Assembly: GCA_008632985.1 (NCBI GenBank)
Contig: QPGO01000052.1
Span: 186,001-250,000 of the forward strand
Reading direction: 5' to 3'
Source: Psammoneis japonica
Lineage: Eukaryota
Length of the DNA: 64,000 nt
The stretch's first letter is position 1. The number at the start of each line of letters is the position of its first letter. Under the pieces are notes generated by a model. It did not search any database. It saw only the letters and a list, made by a program, of their open reading frames with translations, and was not told the DNA's origin. Shown piece after piece: positions 13,609 through 26,991 of this stretch. The translations under genes and the position numbers were made by a program.

Positions 13609-16254
13609 ATGTCGTCCGATGAAGAAAGCAACCAATCTGCTTCCCGCGAAGACGAGGAACCGGTGGCGGCGCCAGAATTGGGTTCGCCGGACGAAGACAC
13701 GTTGCGAGTTATGCTCAGTACCGACAACCACCTGGGGTACTGCGAGCGAGACCCAGTAAGAGGTCTTGACAGCTTTGCTGCGTTTGAAGAAGTCTTGTCA
13801 CTTGCGAAAGAAAACGAGGTATGGAGCTACTGATTTCCAGGGAGTCCGTTCAGGTTTGTTGTAGTAGTAGCGTGTTACTCACTTATTTTCAACCCTGCAC
13901 AGTGTGACATGGTGCTGATTGCGGGAGACTTGTTTCACGATAACAAGCCGACCCGACGCACCATGCATAAGACCATTGAGATCATTCGCCGATACTGTAT
14001 GGGTCCCAACCCGGTGCAAGTCAAGATTGTATCCAACCAAAGCTGTAACTTTCGGAGCATCAACGGAAAGGTCAATTACGAGGATGAGTTTTTCTCGGTC
14101 GGTAAGAGAAAAAAGAATACATCATATTTCTTTTCAGCCGCCACCACAATGTACTGTCCTTACAGGTATCTTTTTCATTCTCTTTACTTTCAGATTTGCC
14201 GCTGTTTTCAATTCACGGAAACCACGACGACCCGACACGTGACGGAGGAACAGAAATGCTTGCAGCATTGGACCTCTTGGCCGTGTCTAATCTAGTCAAC
14301 TACTTTGGACGGCAAGACGAAGTAGACAAGGTGGAGATATCTCCTGTGCTCATGCAAAAGGGGTCGACAAAGGTAGCCATGTATGGTATGGGGAGCATGC
14401 GCGATGAGCGTTTGAACCGCATGTGGCAAGGCAAAAAGGTTCGCTTCTTACGTCCTGACAATGATGAAGATGAGGAAGGAAACGACGACAATGACGACGA
14501 GGGATCGTCTCCATGGTTCAACATTTTTGCTCTTCATCAGAACCGTGATTTAGGAAGAGGGGTCAAGAACTGCGTCCATGAATCCATGATTCCCGAGTGG
14601 ATGGACTTGGTAAGCAAACGCGACTCGAACTTGAGATCCTCACAATTTTGCCTATGTATGTATCCTTATAAGATTTGCGCGTGTGCTATGTTCTGACCTA
14701 GGTTGTCTGGGGACACGAACACGAGTGCCGCATTGACCCACAAGAATCGGTTGTGGGGACATTTCGCATCACCCAGCCAGGATCAAGCGTCGCCACGAGC
14801 TTGACTGGTGGGGAGGCGGTTCGCAAGCACGTAGGCATTCTCGACATTAGGGGAAATCAGTTTCGACTCAGTTCGATACCCCTGACTCAGATTCGATCTT
14901 TTGTCATGGGACAAATATCTCTTGCCGAGCGCCAACACGAATTGGACCCTGAAGATCCAAAGATTGATGACAAGGTTTCAGATCTACTCCAAGAGGAGGT
15001 GGAACTTCTCATTTATCAAGCCAAGGAAAAGACTAGGGAATTGCTTAGAGACGCAGTGGCGAATGGGAACACCGCCGGCGAGAAAAGCAACCCTCATCAA
15101 CTGCATTACCGGCTTCAGAAACCTGATGAGGTCTTAGTCAGGCTGAAGGTGGAACATTCAGGTTTTTCCACCCTGAACAACCAGAGATTTGGTGCCAAGT
15201 TTGTGGGAAAGGTTGCCAACCCTTCAGACGTTCTCTTGTTCCACCGTCGTCGACAGCAAGAGTATGAGAAAGGTAGCGCTGGCAAGAAGAAAAAGAAATC
15301 ATCGAACCTGGATCAACCCGTCGCCCCGACAGAAGTGGAAGAAATGGACATTGCCGACTTGTCGAAGCAGGAGTTAGAGAAGTCGGACAAGAGGCTAGAA
15401 ATTCTAGACGAGCAAAAGCTGGGTCTTGCGTTGGACGACTTTGTATCTAAGGAACAGAAGCTTGCTATTCAGGATGCTATGGCGGACATGCTCAAGAAGC
15501 AGCAGCACAAGCTGATCAAGCGTGGGGACGCTGACGCGAGCTCCGTTCGAGAAAGTGTCGCTAAAGAGAAGGAGCGAGAAGAAGAGGAGCAAGACCAGAA
15601 TCGCTCTACAATGAGTGGGCGTAAGCGAAAGGAGGCATCTCATCGCCGTGCCAAGAACGACGACAAAGAGAATTTCAGCGAAGATGAGTAGAGTCGCGAA
15701 AGGAATCAAGAGGCGGAAGGAAGACTGCAAAGAAAACGTCCCGGTCGTCCACGAGGCCAGTGACCACGAACGATTCCGATGATAGTGACGAGGACGAGAT
15801 TCCATCTTCTGCTTCACTTCGTTCCCGTGCAAGGCCGCGCCGCCAGCTGGCAAGGGGTTCGCAAAAACGATACAAAGAAGATAGCGACAGCGACAATGCC
15901 GACGAGGACAGTGATCCAGTGATTGATCTTCAAGAAGATGATGATATGGATATGGACGACATTGAGGAAGAGGTAGTCAAACCAAAGAAACGTGGCAGGG
16001 CGGCCTCGAAGAAAACTCCAGCCAAGACGAAAGGTTCCGCCAAGAAGCCACAACTGTCTCAATCGCAGTTGTCCTTTTCCTCGAAAAAGAGGGGCACTAA
16101 GACTACCTCACGTGCCCTCTCAAATCGGCGCAAGGCTGCCGCGCGCCTCAGTGATGACGACGATAGTGACGAAAACGCTGGGTCGTCGCGAACGGCAAAC
16201 AGTTTGGGATTGTCTGGCGGATGGGGAACCGCTCCTACGCCCTCAATGAAATGA
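13609..16254 (+). CDS. MRE11: Double-strand break repair nuclease MRE11 (exons approx. 13609-13818, 13903-14101, 14194-14609, 14702-16254, with an apparent -1 frameshift near 15688)
   Basis: Phosphoesterase motifs STDNHLGY, AGDLFHDNKP, FSIHGNHDDP, ALHQNR, WGHEHE, ITQPGSSVATSL and NNQRFG..FVGKVANP. Canonical introns. Acidic/basic C-terminal tail. Confidence 0.97.
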
Positions 16255-16477
16255 ACAGCGAAGTAGAGCAGAACCAATGTCATCTTCTCCTAGCCCCCCC
16301 AGACAGGTCAAAGAGTGCTTAGAAAACGCAATGATGTGAGCACAGGAACTAGAACCAAGCATTTGTACCATAGTATCGAACGGTAGCTTTGACTTATCGC
16401 CTAGATAGATCAAATCGATTCTAGCCTCTAGCACAGATATTTGCAAATGTAAGTTCGGGCTAAAACCAGCTCTCTCC

Positions 16478-16570
16478 AGCACTCTCTACTCTACTAGTAG
16501 AGCTAGCTACTCTCTAGAGCTACTACTAGCTAGAGTAGAGAGTACTTCTAGCTATTACTACGGTACCAGC
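16478..16570. repeat. CTA/TAG/CTAG-rich low-complexity island
   Basis: ctctctactctactagtagagctagctactctctagagctactactagctagagtagagagtacttctagc. Confidence 0.8.
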
Positions 16571-17086
16571 GAAGAGCGAGCGAGGAGCGGGCAAAGCGTG
16601 GCCTTGCAGCTAGCTTTTTGAACTTAGCCTACTGTGCTGTCGATGTGCCTGGCTTGCGCGCGCGCGCTAAAGTGTTCTTACTTTCAGTGTAAATATCACA
16701 TTAAGCTATTTTTTATATATGATTCTTAAGATTATTAATTTTTATATGTTGTTGGCATTATATCTATCAGTACTGCATTTTGAATTTCCAGCTTCACTGC
16801 GGCCTACCGTACGTACATACATACCGTATGTAACGAACGATTGACAGAGACATCCGTCGTTCCGTTTGTGTTGCGATCGAGTTGCGAAGATGGTTATTCC
16901 TTCTTCTCGCTGTCGGTGTCGGGTGATTCTCTTTCCGGCGTTACCTCTGTCATAGATAGTGCAGAAGGAGAGCCATTTACGACGTTATGAATGTGTTCTG
17001 GAGCTACAGATAGCTGCGTAGCTTGCGGTTAATGACTGAGTGATACACATAGAAAATACCAAAGCAACAAGCAAAAAGTACCCGCC

Positions 17087-20000
17087 ATGAGTTCTTCTCA
17101 ACCCCCTGAATCCCCAGCTACTCCAAAGGCTGCTGCATTGGAGGCTTCCTCGTCATATTCTCCTTATCGCAGTCGACTCAATGGTCTTACTAGGCGAGAA
17201 ATGCTAGAGAGAAAGCGGGGAAGCCCTCGCAAGGGGGTTTCAGCTTGTAATCTGTCAGAAACGAACGAGATCGAACCGCTGCAGACTCCGTCGTTAGCTG
17301 ATACAGATTGCAAGCATGACACCTTCGTCTTTAGTTCAACGTAGAGCACAATTGTTTGGAGGCACGTCGTCAGAAAAGAAACGCGGCAAAAAGAAGTCAT
17401 CAAGTCCGAAAGGCGATGCTGGGTCGGATGATGAGCGAAAGAGCCACTTCAGCGGGGCAGGAACTACAGTAACAACAGCCGCCAGCTCACTATCGCACCC
17501 AAAAGGATATTCACCTCTTTCGGATGAAGGACTAGACGCGTCTGTGCAGAAAAACATAGGGAAGCGCCATAATGACGACTCACACCACGAGTTGTTGCAG
17601 GAAGCAGAACAATTTGAGAAAACAACAAACGAACGAATAGATTCTGTCGGTGTGCGTTATTATCGTATCGTGTACAAGGGAGTCGTTCCCTTGTTATCAA
17701 GACCTGACCCCCACTCATCCAACAGTGGGGCATACCTAAGCTATGGGGAGATCATTTCAACGCATTGTGAATTCGACTTGGACAAAGACTTCTCAAGACA
17801 GACGCCACTGATATCAGCTGGCAACATGCATCCGGCTTCAGATGATTCAGAAGCTAGAAAAGAGACCGTCTTTTCCCCACCATCCCCACCTCGATCGCTT
17901 GCTTCCCATACAGGCAACTCTGGCTCGATTTCTTCTCTCGATACGCCGCGAACATCAACGACGGTGCTTACTAGTAGCGAGGAACCTTCGCAACCCCAAC
18001 AAAACGAGCACGATAACGCAAACAAGAAGATATCTTCTTTTGCCCACCATGTAATTCGAGTCGACGAGATCGCAACAGGAGGGTATGCTGTAGGTGAGCA
18101 TACTGATCACGAGAGAATGAAACCGAATGTCCTGCAAACTCCGAAACGATCAAACATCCAACCTCCCGCACCTTTAATGACACAGTCGGCCCTGTGGATT
18201 CTCCCGACAGTTTCGCATCGACCAATCACTATGGCTATCTTTTTCTGAACAAAAAGAAAGTAAAAATTGCTGAAGCAATTACCCACCCACCAACATTTCA
18301 ACGAGGTCAGTTTCTGTACAAGATAACATCGTCTTCACCGCTGCCCATTTTGTTTGGACCAAGCGTGGATGCTCCTCGAACGCGTGCAATGGTTTTGCCT
18401 GGCACTGTTCACGATGTCTCTTTGAGATTCTCACCTAGTAATGACGGGATTATGTTGCTTCGCTTATCTCATCGCCGAGGGTGGATCGCAGATAGGCGCG
18501 TCGGTCGTGTAGGGGGGAAGAATAAGCTGCGATCTATTGCGCTCGTCAAGGAAGTGTCGGACGAAACGGGTTGTTCCTGTGATGAGAGTTCCTCGTCGCT
18601 ATCAAATTTATCTTTCGTGTCCCGTACAACGTCCATTGCGGCGTCTGCGTCAGTAAATCGAAGACGACATCGGCCGCCGCGGAGAGAGAAAACAAGCGAA
18701 GGCGTGAGTCCGTCGCGATCCAAAGGCGCGGCCACACCTGACACCATGGGCACAGCGAGGTCTCGAAAGTCAGATTTGACGCTAGATTCCAAGAATATCG
18801 CTGATCACAACAAAACTACGTCGCCCATATCAAACGTGTCTATTCTGTCGGACGACTCGTCTGTAAACCGGTCTGGGTATCAAGTGATACAATCGAAAGG
18901 GCGCTCTCATGAATCCATGGGTCGCCAACCTATCACTGTGACGCCCTCACTTTTTCTTATGCGGGTGAATGCTCCCAGAGGACTCAAGATACTTGACGCC
19001 CCACATTTCCAGGTACGGCGATTCCTGAATAATGCTTTTGTTGTATTTTCGCTTAAAGTTGTCTCTGATCTTGTCGTTTTGATTGGCATCAAAGGTGTCA
19101 AACCTAATTCATGGGCAACAAGGGTCGTCGAAACAACCTGTTAGCTCACCTCAATCTCGTATAGACATCGGCGATCAGAATGCGTTGAAACCAGCAAATT
19201 CCATATTCCAGACCATGGGAGGCTCACACACAACTCCGAGGTCCCATGGGTTTGGGAATCCTGCTGTGTTTGACGGAAAGACCCGAGCGCTACCTCGTGG
19301 AGCGCTGTTTGAAGCCTCCTCGAGAATGGAAGTAACTGGTTCCTCCTATAGTCAAGGCGCCGGGCTCATAAGACTCTCCGACGGCAGCGGTTGGGCTGTT
19401 GTTCCGCGTCAAAGCGAGCTAGATTATCAATACAAGCATTATCACGGTGGGGTCATGTCAATCAGGGAAGGGGAGGCGACCCGAGCTTTTGAAGAGGTTG
19501 GGAACGCTGTTGTGGACGACATCGATGCACGACAGACTCCAAACATTACCGAATCAAGTGTCTGGCTTCGCATATCAGCAAGGAACGGTGTTCTAGTTTC
19601 GTGTCCACCACCCCAACCAAGCGGTATGACTGATGAGGACACCTCACCCACATCGTCGACGGCGGGGTGTTCATCCATCGTAAGTGGGGGTGAGTCAAAC
19701 TATGGTGTCTTGACCAGTCAGGACTCTGATGTTGCGTCTTCAGTTGGAAGCTCCTTTCTGGACGCGGTGTTTCGTACGCCGAGAAAGAAGGAAGAGCGAG
19801 AGACGACGCAACAAAGAAAGGACCGGAACAAAGAAACACCCCGGCAAATGTCATTCCCTGTGGTTTGTGTGTCGAAGTTGATAGCTGGGATACACGGCCG
19901 GAAGTTCACCAGGTAGATATGTTGCGTGGCGCAGATTTGTAGTTTGCTCCAGTTTTGATTTCTCAAACATACGTACGTGTTCTCTCTCTCCCTTTTTAGG

Positions 20001-20836
20001 ACTATGTTCGGCTCGTTGGAGGTCAAGGCTGGATTCCCCGTCAGCTCGGTGGGAGAATATGCGCCGTTCCCATAGATAGACCCGATAATCGTCTGGGCTC
20101 TTTTTGGTTTCGAGTCCAGCCTACCAGCGGCATCAAGGTCCGCGTAGGCCCTTCTCGTAGAGCCCCATCCATCAGATCGGGTGATGGTACCCACTTTCGA
20201 TTTGAATGCGGGGAGTTTCTTCGTGCTTGTGAGGTGGCGACGATGTTTGACACGAGCGCCGGGACACAGACCTTTGCGAAACTCTACCGAAATAGCCACA
20301 CGCAGTTCCTTAAGGGAGATCAAGGACGACAAACACATAGACTCCTGGCCAGCATGACCACCCAAGCGGAGTGGGTGCAGGTCCATTCACAAGATCAATT
20401 GTACCTGGAGGAATGTGCTTCTGCTCCACACATTCAACGCCATCGTCAAGGCTGGCGCTACAATGCGGTTGCAGATTCTGGTATTCAGGTGCGTAAAGGT
20501 CCTTCCTTTGTCGCCGAAAAGGGTGATGGCGTTTTGCTTGGAGGCGAAAGTGTCTTGATCAATGAACGTGTCACTGCACCAGGTGAACGAATCACTTGGC
20601 TGAGGCTACGAGATGGTCGGGGCTGGGTTCACGATTTGGGATTGAATGGGGAAGTTATGATGATTGCACACTCATTGCATGATCGCACCCCATTGCGCGT
20701 CGCTAAGAGGCCTGTGAAACCTGGACAACGACCACACCATGACGAAGCCGCCTACAACACAATAATTGCTCGCCTTTTCCACGGTGAGGCTGATGAATCA
20801 GGACACCACGGTCCTCGAAGAACTTATAATGTATAA
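17087..20836 (+). CDS. Large hypothetical protein with repeated SH3b-like beta modules (introns approx. 19013-19094 and 19913-19999; 5' structure uncertain; two apparent frameshifts)
   Basis: Collinear ORFs 17087, 17316, 18194, 19083 and 20000-20836 carry the recurring motifs 'RLSHRRGWI', 'RLSDGSGWA', 'RLVGGQGWI', 'RLRDGRGWV' and 'GIKVRVGPS/GIQVRKGPS'. Confidence 0.7.
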
Positions 20837-20929
20837 TGCATTGAATGCAAATAATTGAACTTTCTTCACTCGAACAGCATTTTGAAGTTGTCGATGATTG
20901 AAGATGGCAACATTCTGGTGCTGTACATG

Positions 20930-21200
20930 ACGTTTAGCTGGCTAGCTTTTCTCTCTACAGCAGCCAGCTAGCGTGCATGTAACTAGTAGCTAGATTAGAG
21001 GTAGATGCTCTGGCTACTACTTCTTCTACTCTCTCTCCTCTCTAAAGAGTAGTCACAGGCTCAGCCTACTAGCTAGTAGAGAGAGGCTGCGAATCTACCG
21101 GTAGTAGCTCTACCGGTAGCTACTAGCTAGAGTAGAGGGCCCTCTACTCTCTAGAGCTAGAGAGTAGCTACTGTACATAGTGCTACATTGTAGGAGTTAC
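20930..21200. repeat. CTA/TAG/CTAG-rich low-complexity island with palindromes
   Basis: Dense agctag, ctact and ctaccggtag motifs. Perfect 22 bp palindrome agagtagagggccctctactct at 21129-21150. Confidence 0.8.
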
Positions 21201-21529
21201 TAAAGAGATTTTGCGGTAGAGTCGTCCGATGAGGCGCAAAAGCAAGATCTGCCGTGCGTGCGTCCGTTCTGAGCTCCGCGCGACAGATGGCGGACAACTT
21301 GTGGCCGGCCGGAGTGACACCACCGAACGCCATTGCGAACTCCCACTGTGTTTCTACTCGACTGCAATACGAAAAGATCAAGGAGAAGTTCTGTCGATGC
21401 GAAGCCCACTTTTCCGAAGGGCGCCGAAGAATCTTTTCGACACAAGCATCCGACGCGCCCCGCCCCACTACACACGCGTTCGTTGGCTTCTCTCGTTCGC
21501 TCATTTCCTCTTTTGAAGTCGAGCCTATC

Positions 21530-22329
21530 ATGATGATTCGTATTGCTACCCTTGCACTGTTGGCCTCTGGCGTGAGCGCCTTTTCCTCCTCTCTTCCATT
21601 TGCGGGTCGAACTGTAAGTGAACGAAGCAGAAGGAGATCAGTGGTTGATTGTGGATGCGTTGGGTATGTTTTGCGATCGGACTTTCGTTTGAGCAAGTTT
21701 GAGTATCCATCCTTTTGGAATCCTTTATCACACGATCGTCGAGATCGGATTGCGCGTCCTGAAATGGGATAGATCGCCATACTGACCTTCTTGATTGCTT
21801 TTGATTTACTTGACTCATTGCATATCTTCAGGCCATAGCGTCCCCTACAGTCCGCCATGTCATTATGACCGATGAGGAGACGGACAGCATTCTGAAGTCT
21901 GCCCATGATTGCGTGGAGAGTGAATGCTCCATAGACGACGTCTCCTCTCTGATCCACGATCTCAAAGAACAGGAGAAGATTCTGAATGACCGTCTGGTCA
22001 AGATTATGAACATGATCGCCCACCTTCAGCACGTAAACGAGAAGGAGGAACGCAAGACGGACGAGGTTCGTCAGCTGGTGCGTGATATGCTTCGAGTGTT
22101 TAACCACGAGGTAAGAAAGGCGCAGTGTGTGTCGAATGAGGACATGATAAGGCGTGTCTCCAGATTTCGTTTCTGACACAAGCATTCGGATTGTTGTTGC
22201 AACTTCGCTGCGATAATAATACAGGATCCAAAGTACTTTCCCACCGGATTTGCCGGGGATGTTGGTGACGGCCCGACGGATGCTTACAAGGCGCTTAACC
22301 CCAAGCCCTGGAAGCCCGCCGAGAAGTAA
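21530..22329 (+). CDS. Plastid-targeted small coiled-coil protein with CxxxxC motif, paralog A (exons 21530-21613, 21832-22110, 22225-22329)
   Basis: Leader MMIRIATLALLASGVSA-F. Core 'AHDCVESECSIDDV'. C-terminus 'PTGFAGDVGDGPTDAYKALNPKPWK'. GT-AG introns keep the frame. Confidence 0.88.
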
Positions 22330-22758
22330 TCGTCCAGCCTCTTGGATTGAATCAATAGTGACCTAATAGCGAAATATAAATTAATTTTGAGCTCCTTCTG
22401 CGAAGCCGCACAATACTGTACTTTCGTATGACAGTCTAATCGTTTTGAATTGCAACGCATGCGTTTCCCTTTATCCTTGTTTCTATGGCCTTGCATTTGA
22501 TGCAAACCGTTTCCTTGGGTCGGATGAGTTGGGTACCGGTAAGCTTTACCATGCACTTTGTCACTGGGACTATTGAATCGACATGAAAAATGAAATGTAA
22601 TGCTCGTTTTCGCCTCTCTATTCGTAGGAGGAAACCAAAGAAAAATATAGAAAGTACTAGAGGGTGCTAAGAATTCAAACAAAGCTACTTTACTGTATAG
22701 ATAGCAAACTTTTCTGCTAAGCCACGCGGACACAAAAGCCACTTGCATTCATGAAAAT

Positions 22759-23437
22759 TTACGGGCTGCCTTTTGCTTTCCATGGCTTAGGGTTGAGCGC
22801 CTTGTACGCATCCGTGGGACCGTCTCCAACCTCTCCGGTCCATCCCGTGGGCTTGGAAAGAGAAGGGTAATCGTTTCCACTGGCCTTGTCCTGAGAATAT
22901 AAAAAAAGAAAAGAATCGAAAACGAATTAGCATCGTTGCATGTCGAAACTTTAATCAGGGCGACTGCTTTTATGACACTTACACCGAGTTGGAAGACACG
23001 GAAAATGGCACGAACAGTCTCGCGAATTTCATCGACCTCACGGTCATCCTTGGAGTTGATTTTTTCCAGAGAGCTAATCATACCCTTGACTTCTTCGACG
23101 CGCTTGTACAATTCACTCTGCTGGCCTTTGAGAACGTCAATCAGCTCAGCAACTTCATCAAGAGTGCATTCACCCTCAGCACATTCTTCAGCGTGGCTAA
23201 GCATACTTTCGACTTCCTCAGGAGCCATAAGTCCTAGCTGCATGGGCTGGCGGACGGCCTGAAACAATAGAATGACGAGAAACCACACACCATGGTGAAA
23301 TGAGTCGACGGTTGACGTGCCACGAAACAAATTCAGAGATCTTACGAAGCGCCTTTAGTTCGACTTACATGAGGTACCATGGGGGCAAAAGCGGCAGCCG
23401 AAGCAACAAGAGAGAGGAGGATAGCAATACGATTCAT
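22759..23437 (-). CDS. Plastid-targeted small coiled-coil protein with CxxxxC motif, paralog B (exons 23437-23369, 23258-22983, 22890-22759)
   Basis: Leader MNRIAILLSLVASAAA-FAP (ASAFAP-type). Core 'AEECAEGECTLDEVAEL'. C-terminus 'PTGWTGEVGDGPTDAYKALNPKPWK'. Same three-exon layout as paralog A. Confidence 0.88.
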
Positions 23438-26400
23438 GTTGATAGATTTAGTTTCTTATTTTTATGATGTCTTTCGTTGGTTTTGGACGATGGACGGCAG
23501 GTCAGGTGTCGTCGTTCGGAAAAAGATTCTCTGATGCGAACGCGCGGATCGATCGGGAAAGATCTTCCGTCAACAAACGAGCCAGCTGTTGCGAAGCTAA
23601 AAAAATCGACATCCCATTCTCTGGATGGCAGTGGTGTTCTTCGCCTGTCAAAAGAATGGCCTTTGCGATCCCCAACACGTCATTTTGACGTGGTGTTTCT
23701 TTTACACTGTACTGTACTCTTGCGTGATGAAAAGCGGGTCACCTGGAGCTGGAACAGGTGTGATTTGCTGGACAGTGTGCACCAAATTCAAACATCTGCA
23801 AGGGGCTTGTTGAGTCAAAAACATGTGCCTTTCTCAAAGCAGGGTTTTCAACTTGTGCATTTTTTGCAGAGTTCAAAATTTTCAACAAAACTCCATCTTC
23901 AAAGTTTTTTGCTTGCTCTTGCGGAAATGTTCTGGTGTTTGCAGCTGAAAACACCCATTTTGACTTTCTTCCCTTTCACTCCCTTCACGGCAAAATTTCA
24001 GCCATGGGCACGCAGGAACACTTGAAACACCACCAGCAGCTTGTGAACATTGCAAACTTTTTCAGCATGCCTTTCATCTCATTGCAAACTTGAAACCACC
24101 AGTCAGCAATGCAAGTTTCCAGAAGAAAGCCTCTTGCCCCATTTGCTGTGTGCTGGCCATGCACTCATCCTGCACATCAGCCAACACTCAACAATCTGGG
24201 TGCCGGGGACAGAGACCCAGCATTGTGAGCAGACTAAATGACAGCTCCTCATCCCTGAGAAAAAGAAGAAGAGGGGGCGCAACAACTCCCAACCCCAAAT
24301 GAAAAAAACAAGGTTTTTTTGCAAAGAAAAAGCTTGCTTGCAAAATTTTTGTGCTTCCTGTTCTGGCTTCCAGTGTGTGTTAGTTGACTGAGGCAGCTGG
24401 AGCTCTTGTGTTGCAGAGAAAACTGCACATCCCACAATCTGATGTCTCAGACATGTCATGATCTGGTGCTCTTTTGCTGCTGTTGTTTGACATCACTTTG
24501 GCACTGTGCACATGTGCCTTGTTGTGCTGTCAGCCAAAACCCAGCTCTCAACTTGCAAGAAAATGACTGTTGGCATTGTTGTTGAATGCTTTGTCTTGTT
24601 GATTGTGTGTCATGGGACAACTTGTCAACCAGCGCAGCCAGAGACAACCATTTCCTTTTCCATTGTCATTGCATTCTCAGCAGAAAGTTGCCTCTTACAA
24701 AACTTTCCCAACTTTTTCCTTTTCCACAGTCGTTGCTGCGTTCTCAGCAGAAAGAGTTGCCTCATGCAAAACTTTCCCAGTGCTGTGAGAAGACAAAAAA
24801 CAGGCAGAGGCACAGCAAGTGCACAGTGAGAGACAAGAGCCAGAGCTCCTGTCACTGCTCTGACAGCTGCCTGTGCCTTTCAACATCTCTCACCAGCCTG
24901 AGCACTGGCCACCACCACCACTGCCCTGGACCAAGGTGGGCTCCTGCAGTGCCGTGTTTCATTTTTTTCATCAAAACAGACACACAAGTGGCATGATTTG
25001 CACAAAAAAGTTTCTCTGGCTCTGCTCAGCTGCACCCCTTGGTTTTTGCACGTGCAAGTGCTCCTGGCAAAGATGAGTCAAATGACTCCAATGGAAGTGA
25101 CAGAGGAGCACAGCACAGAAAACACCCATGCAGTGTGTGACAGCACTCCTGTGTGCGCAGTGATTTCTGGGCCCCTGCTTGGACAAGAGTGGTGCAATTT
25201 GGGCTGCATGATGAAAAAATGAACAAAGCAAGAGCAACACACAGAGACTTGTTTTGTGCCAGGTCTTGCACACATTTCTCCTGGAAGCTGGGGCAACAGT
25301 TCCTTGCTTTTGCTGTCATCCTCAGGTCTTCCCATTGGGGAGGGGGGGGGGACAGTCACTTGAGGCGCTGTTTGTCATTGTGTGTGTGTGTGGTGTGCCC
25401 ATGTGCCTGGTGTCTTTCTCAACAAGCATGACCTGTGTGTTCAGAAAAAAAATGATGACCGGGTCAGAGCAAATGTTGCGGATGTTGTCACCAAAACACA
25501 GTGTTTCATTGACTTTGCCTGTGCCTCACATTTCAGTTGCCTCTTGTGCCATTTTGCCACTGGAGCAGTGTCACACCAGCAAACCCGGGGGTGTGATGCA
25601 AGCAATGTGTGTTGGTTTGATCCCTCGGCCAAGGTGGTGCTGTGTTTGGCATGCAGCAAATGTCACGTGGAATGTCTTGCTTGCATTTTGTGATTCTCTG
25701 CACTTGTGAGCATGCCTTTTTTGTCAAATCTGACCTTTTGGCATGCATTGCTTTTTTCTTTGCATCTTGTCTAAAAAAAGGTGGCAAAAGTGTTGCAAGC
25801 TGTTGTGGCATGTTCACTTTTGCATGCTTGAAAACAATTTGTCAGGTGCCTGTTTCTTTTGCAGGGAAGCCACATGGGTGAACATGGCATCACAACCTGC
25901 TTTTGTGCATCATTTTTGAAGCCACTCTGTCTTTGGTGAGGATGCTTGAGAACTTGTCCCATGTGCTGCTTGACTGGCATGCTGGAGGAGCTCCATTTTT
26001 TGAACTCTCCATGAGAGCTGTGCTTTGACTCTTGCAATCTTGCACCCTTTGCCATTTGTTTTGGTGTCCTCAACACCTCAGTGGTGTCTGACCAACTGTG
26101 AAATGATGACCTGCAGAAGGACAAGCTTGCAAAGTTTTGAGATCTGGCTTTTCTTGCACTGCAGGCATTTGGCCATGTGGTCTGGGATTTTTTTCTCAAA
26201 ATTGTCTACAAGTTTGGATGATCTCAAGGTGTGTCATGCTTTGCATTTCCACAGCTCACACATCATGTGCCCACAAACAAAGAACGACAGAATTTGACTT
26301 TCATTGCACAACACTGGATGCTGCTTTCCTCTGCAGCTCCTGCTCACAATCAACAGAGCAAGCACATTGTCACATGTGCTGAAATTCCATGTCATTTCAT

Positions 26401-26704
26401 CCTTGTTTGACTCATCATCAATCATCCTTGGCCCCAACAGGCTGGTTGTCACAGCACCCCTTGAGCTGCAGTGCTCTCTGCAGAGCCTCTGCAAAGCATG
26501 TGTGCAGCCCCCCTGTGCTTTTGGGCAGTCCAAGTGCACTGTGATCATGTTGACACAAGGATGCCTCCTTTTCATGACATTTTTGTTGTCATCTCCACAG
26601 GCACACTTTGACAAAAAGAGATGGCCAACCTCAAAGAAGTGAGTTGTTGCTTTAGAACCCTGTGTCTGATTGCCTCTGGCAGAATGTTTTCCAGCCAGAG
26701 CAGC

Positions 26705-26980
26705 TGACAGGATTTGAACAGGATTCAGGTGCGCGCGAAACATCGCGCGCTGTTTAGTTTGCCGCGCACAGTTTTGTGTGCTTTAGTTCCACGCGTTCGC
26801 GCGCGATGTAGTTTGCTTTCGAGCCACAAGGCTCACAAGAATGACAACAGCAGCCCGATTGTGCCGACTTGCACGTCTTTCGGCTCCTGTGACGGTCTCT
26901 GAGCGGAGACTCATCTGCCATTTAGACAGCAGCAAGGAGTTGTTGTTTGAATTCTTGCCATTTGCCTTCAATTTCTGTCA
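26705..26980 (+). repeat. 5' LTR
   Basis: TG...CA termini with a 6 bp inverted repeat. Ten differences, all transitions, from the 3' LTR. Confidence 0.95.
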
Positions 26981-26991
26981 GATTAACAGTC
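26981..26991 (+). promoter_or_regulatory. Putative primer-binding site complementary to the tRNA-Asn(GTT) anticodon arm
   Basis: GATTAACAGTC directly abuts the LTR. Its reverse complement GA-CTGTTAA-TC is an Asn anticodon loop plus stem bases, the same geometry as the copia half-tRNA PBS GGTTATGGGCC. Confidence 0.55.

Noticed and set aside
15680..15770. Programmed frameshift or intron explaining the MRE11 break
   Set aside because: There is no slippery heptamer, and the candidate intron 15688-15760 leads to a frame with an early stop. One missing G restores the tail.
21157..22185. 342 aa minus-strand ORF
   Set aside because: It is the antisense shadow of the spliced plus-strand plastid gene and runs through introns and low-complexity DNA.
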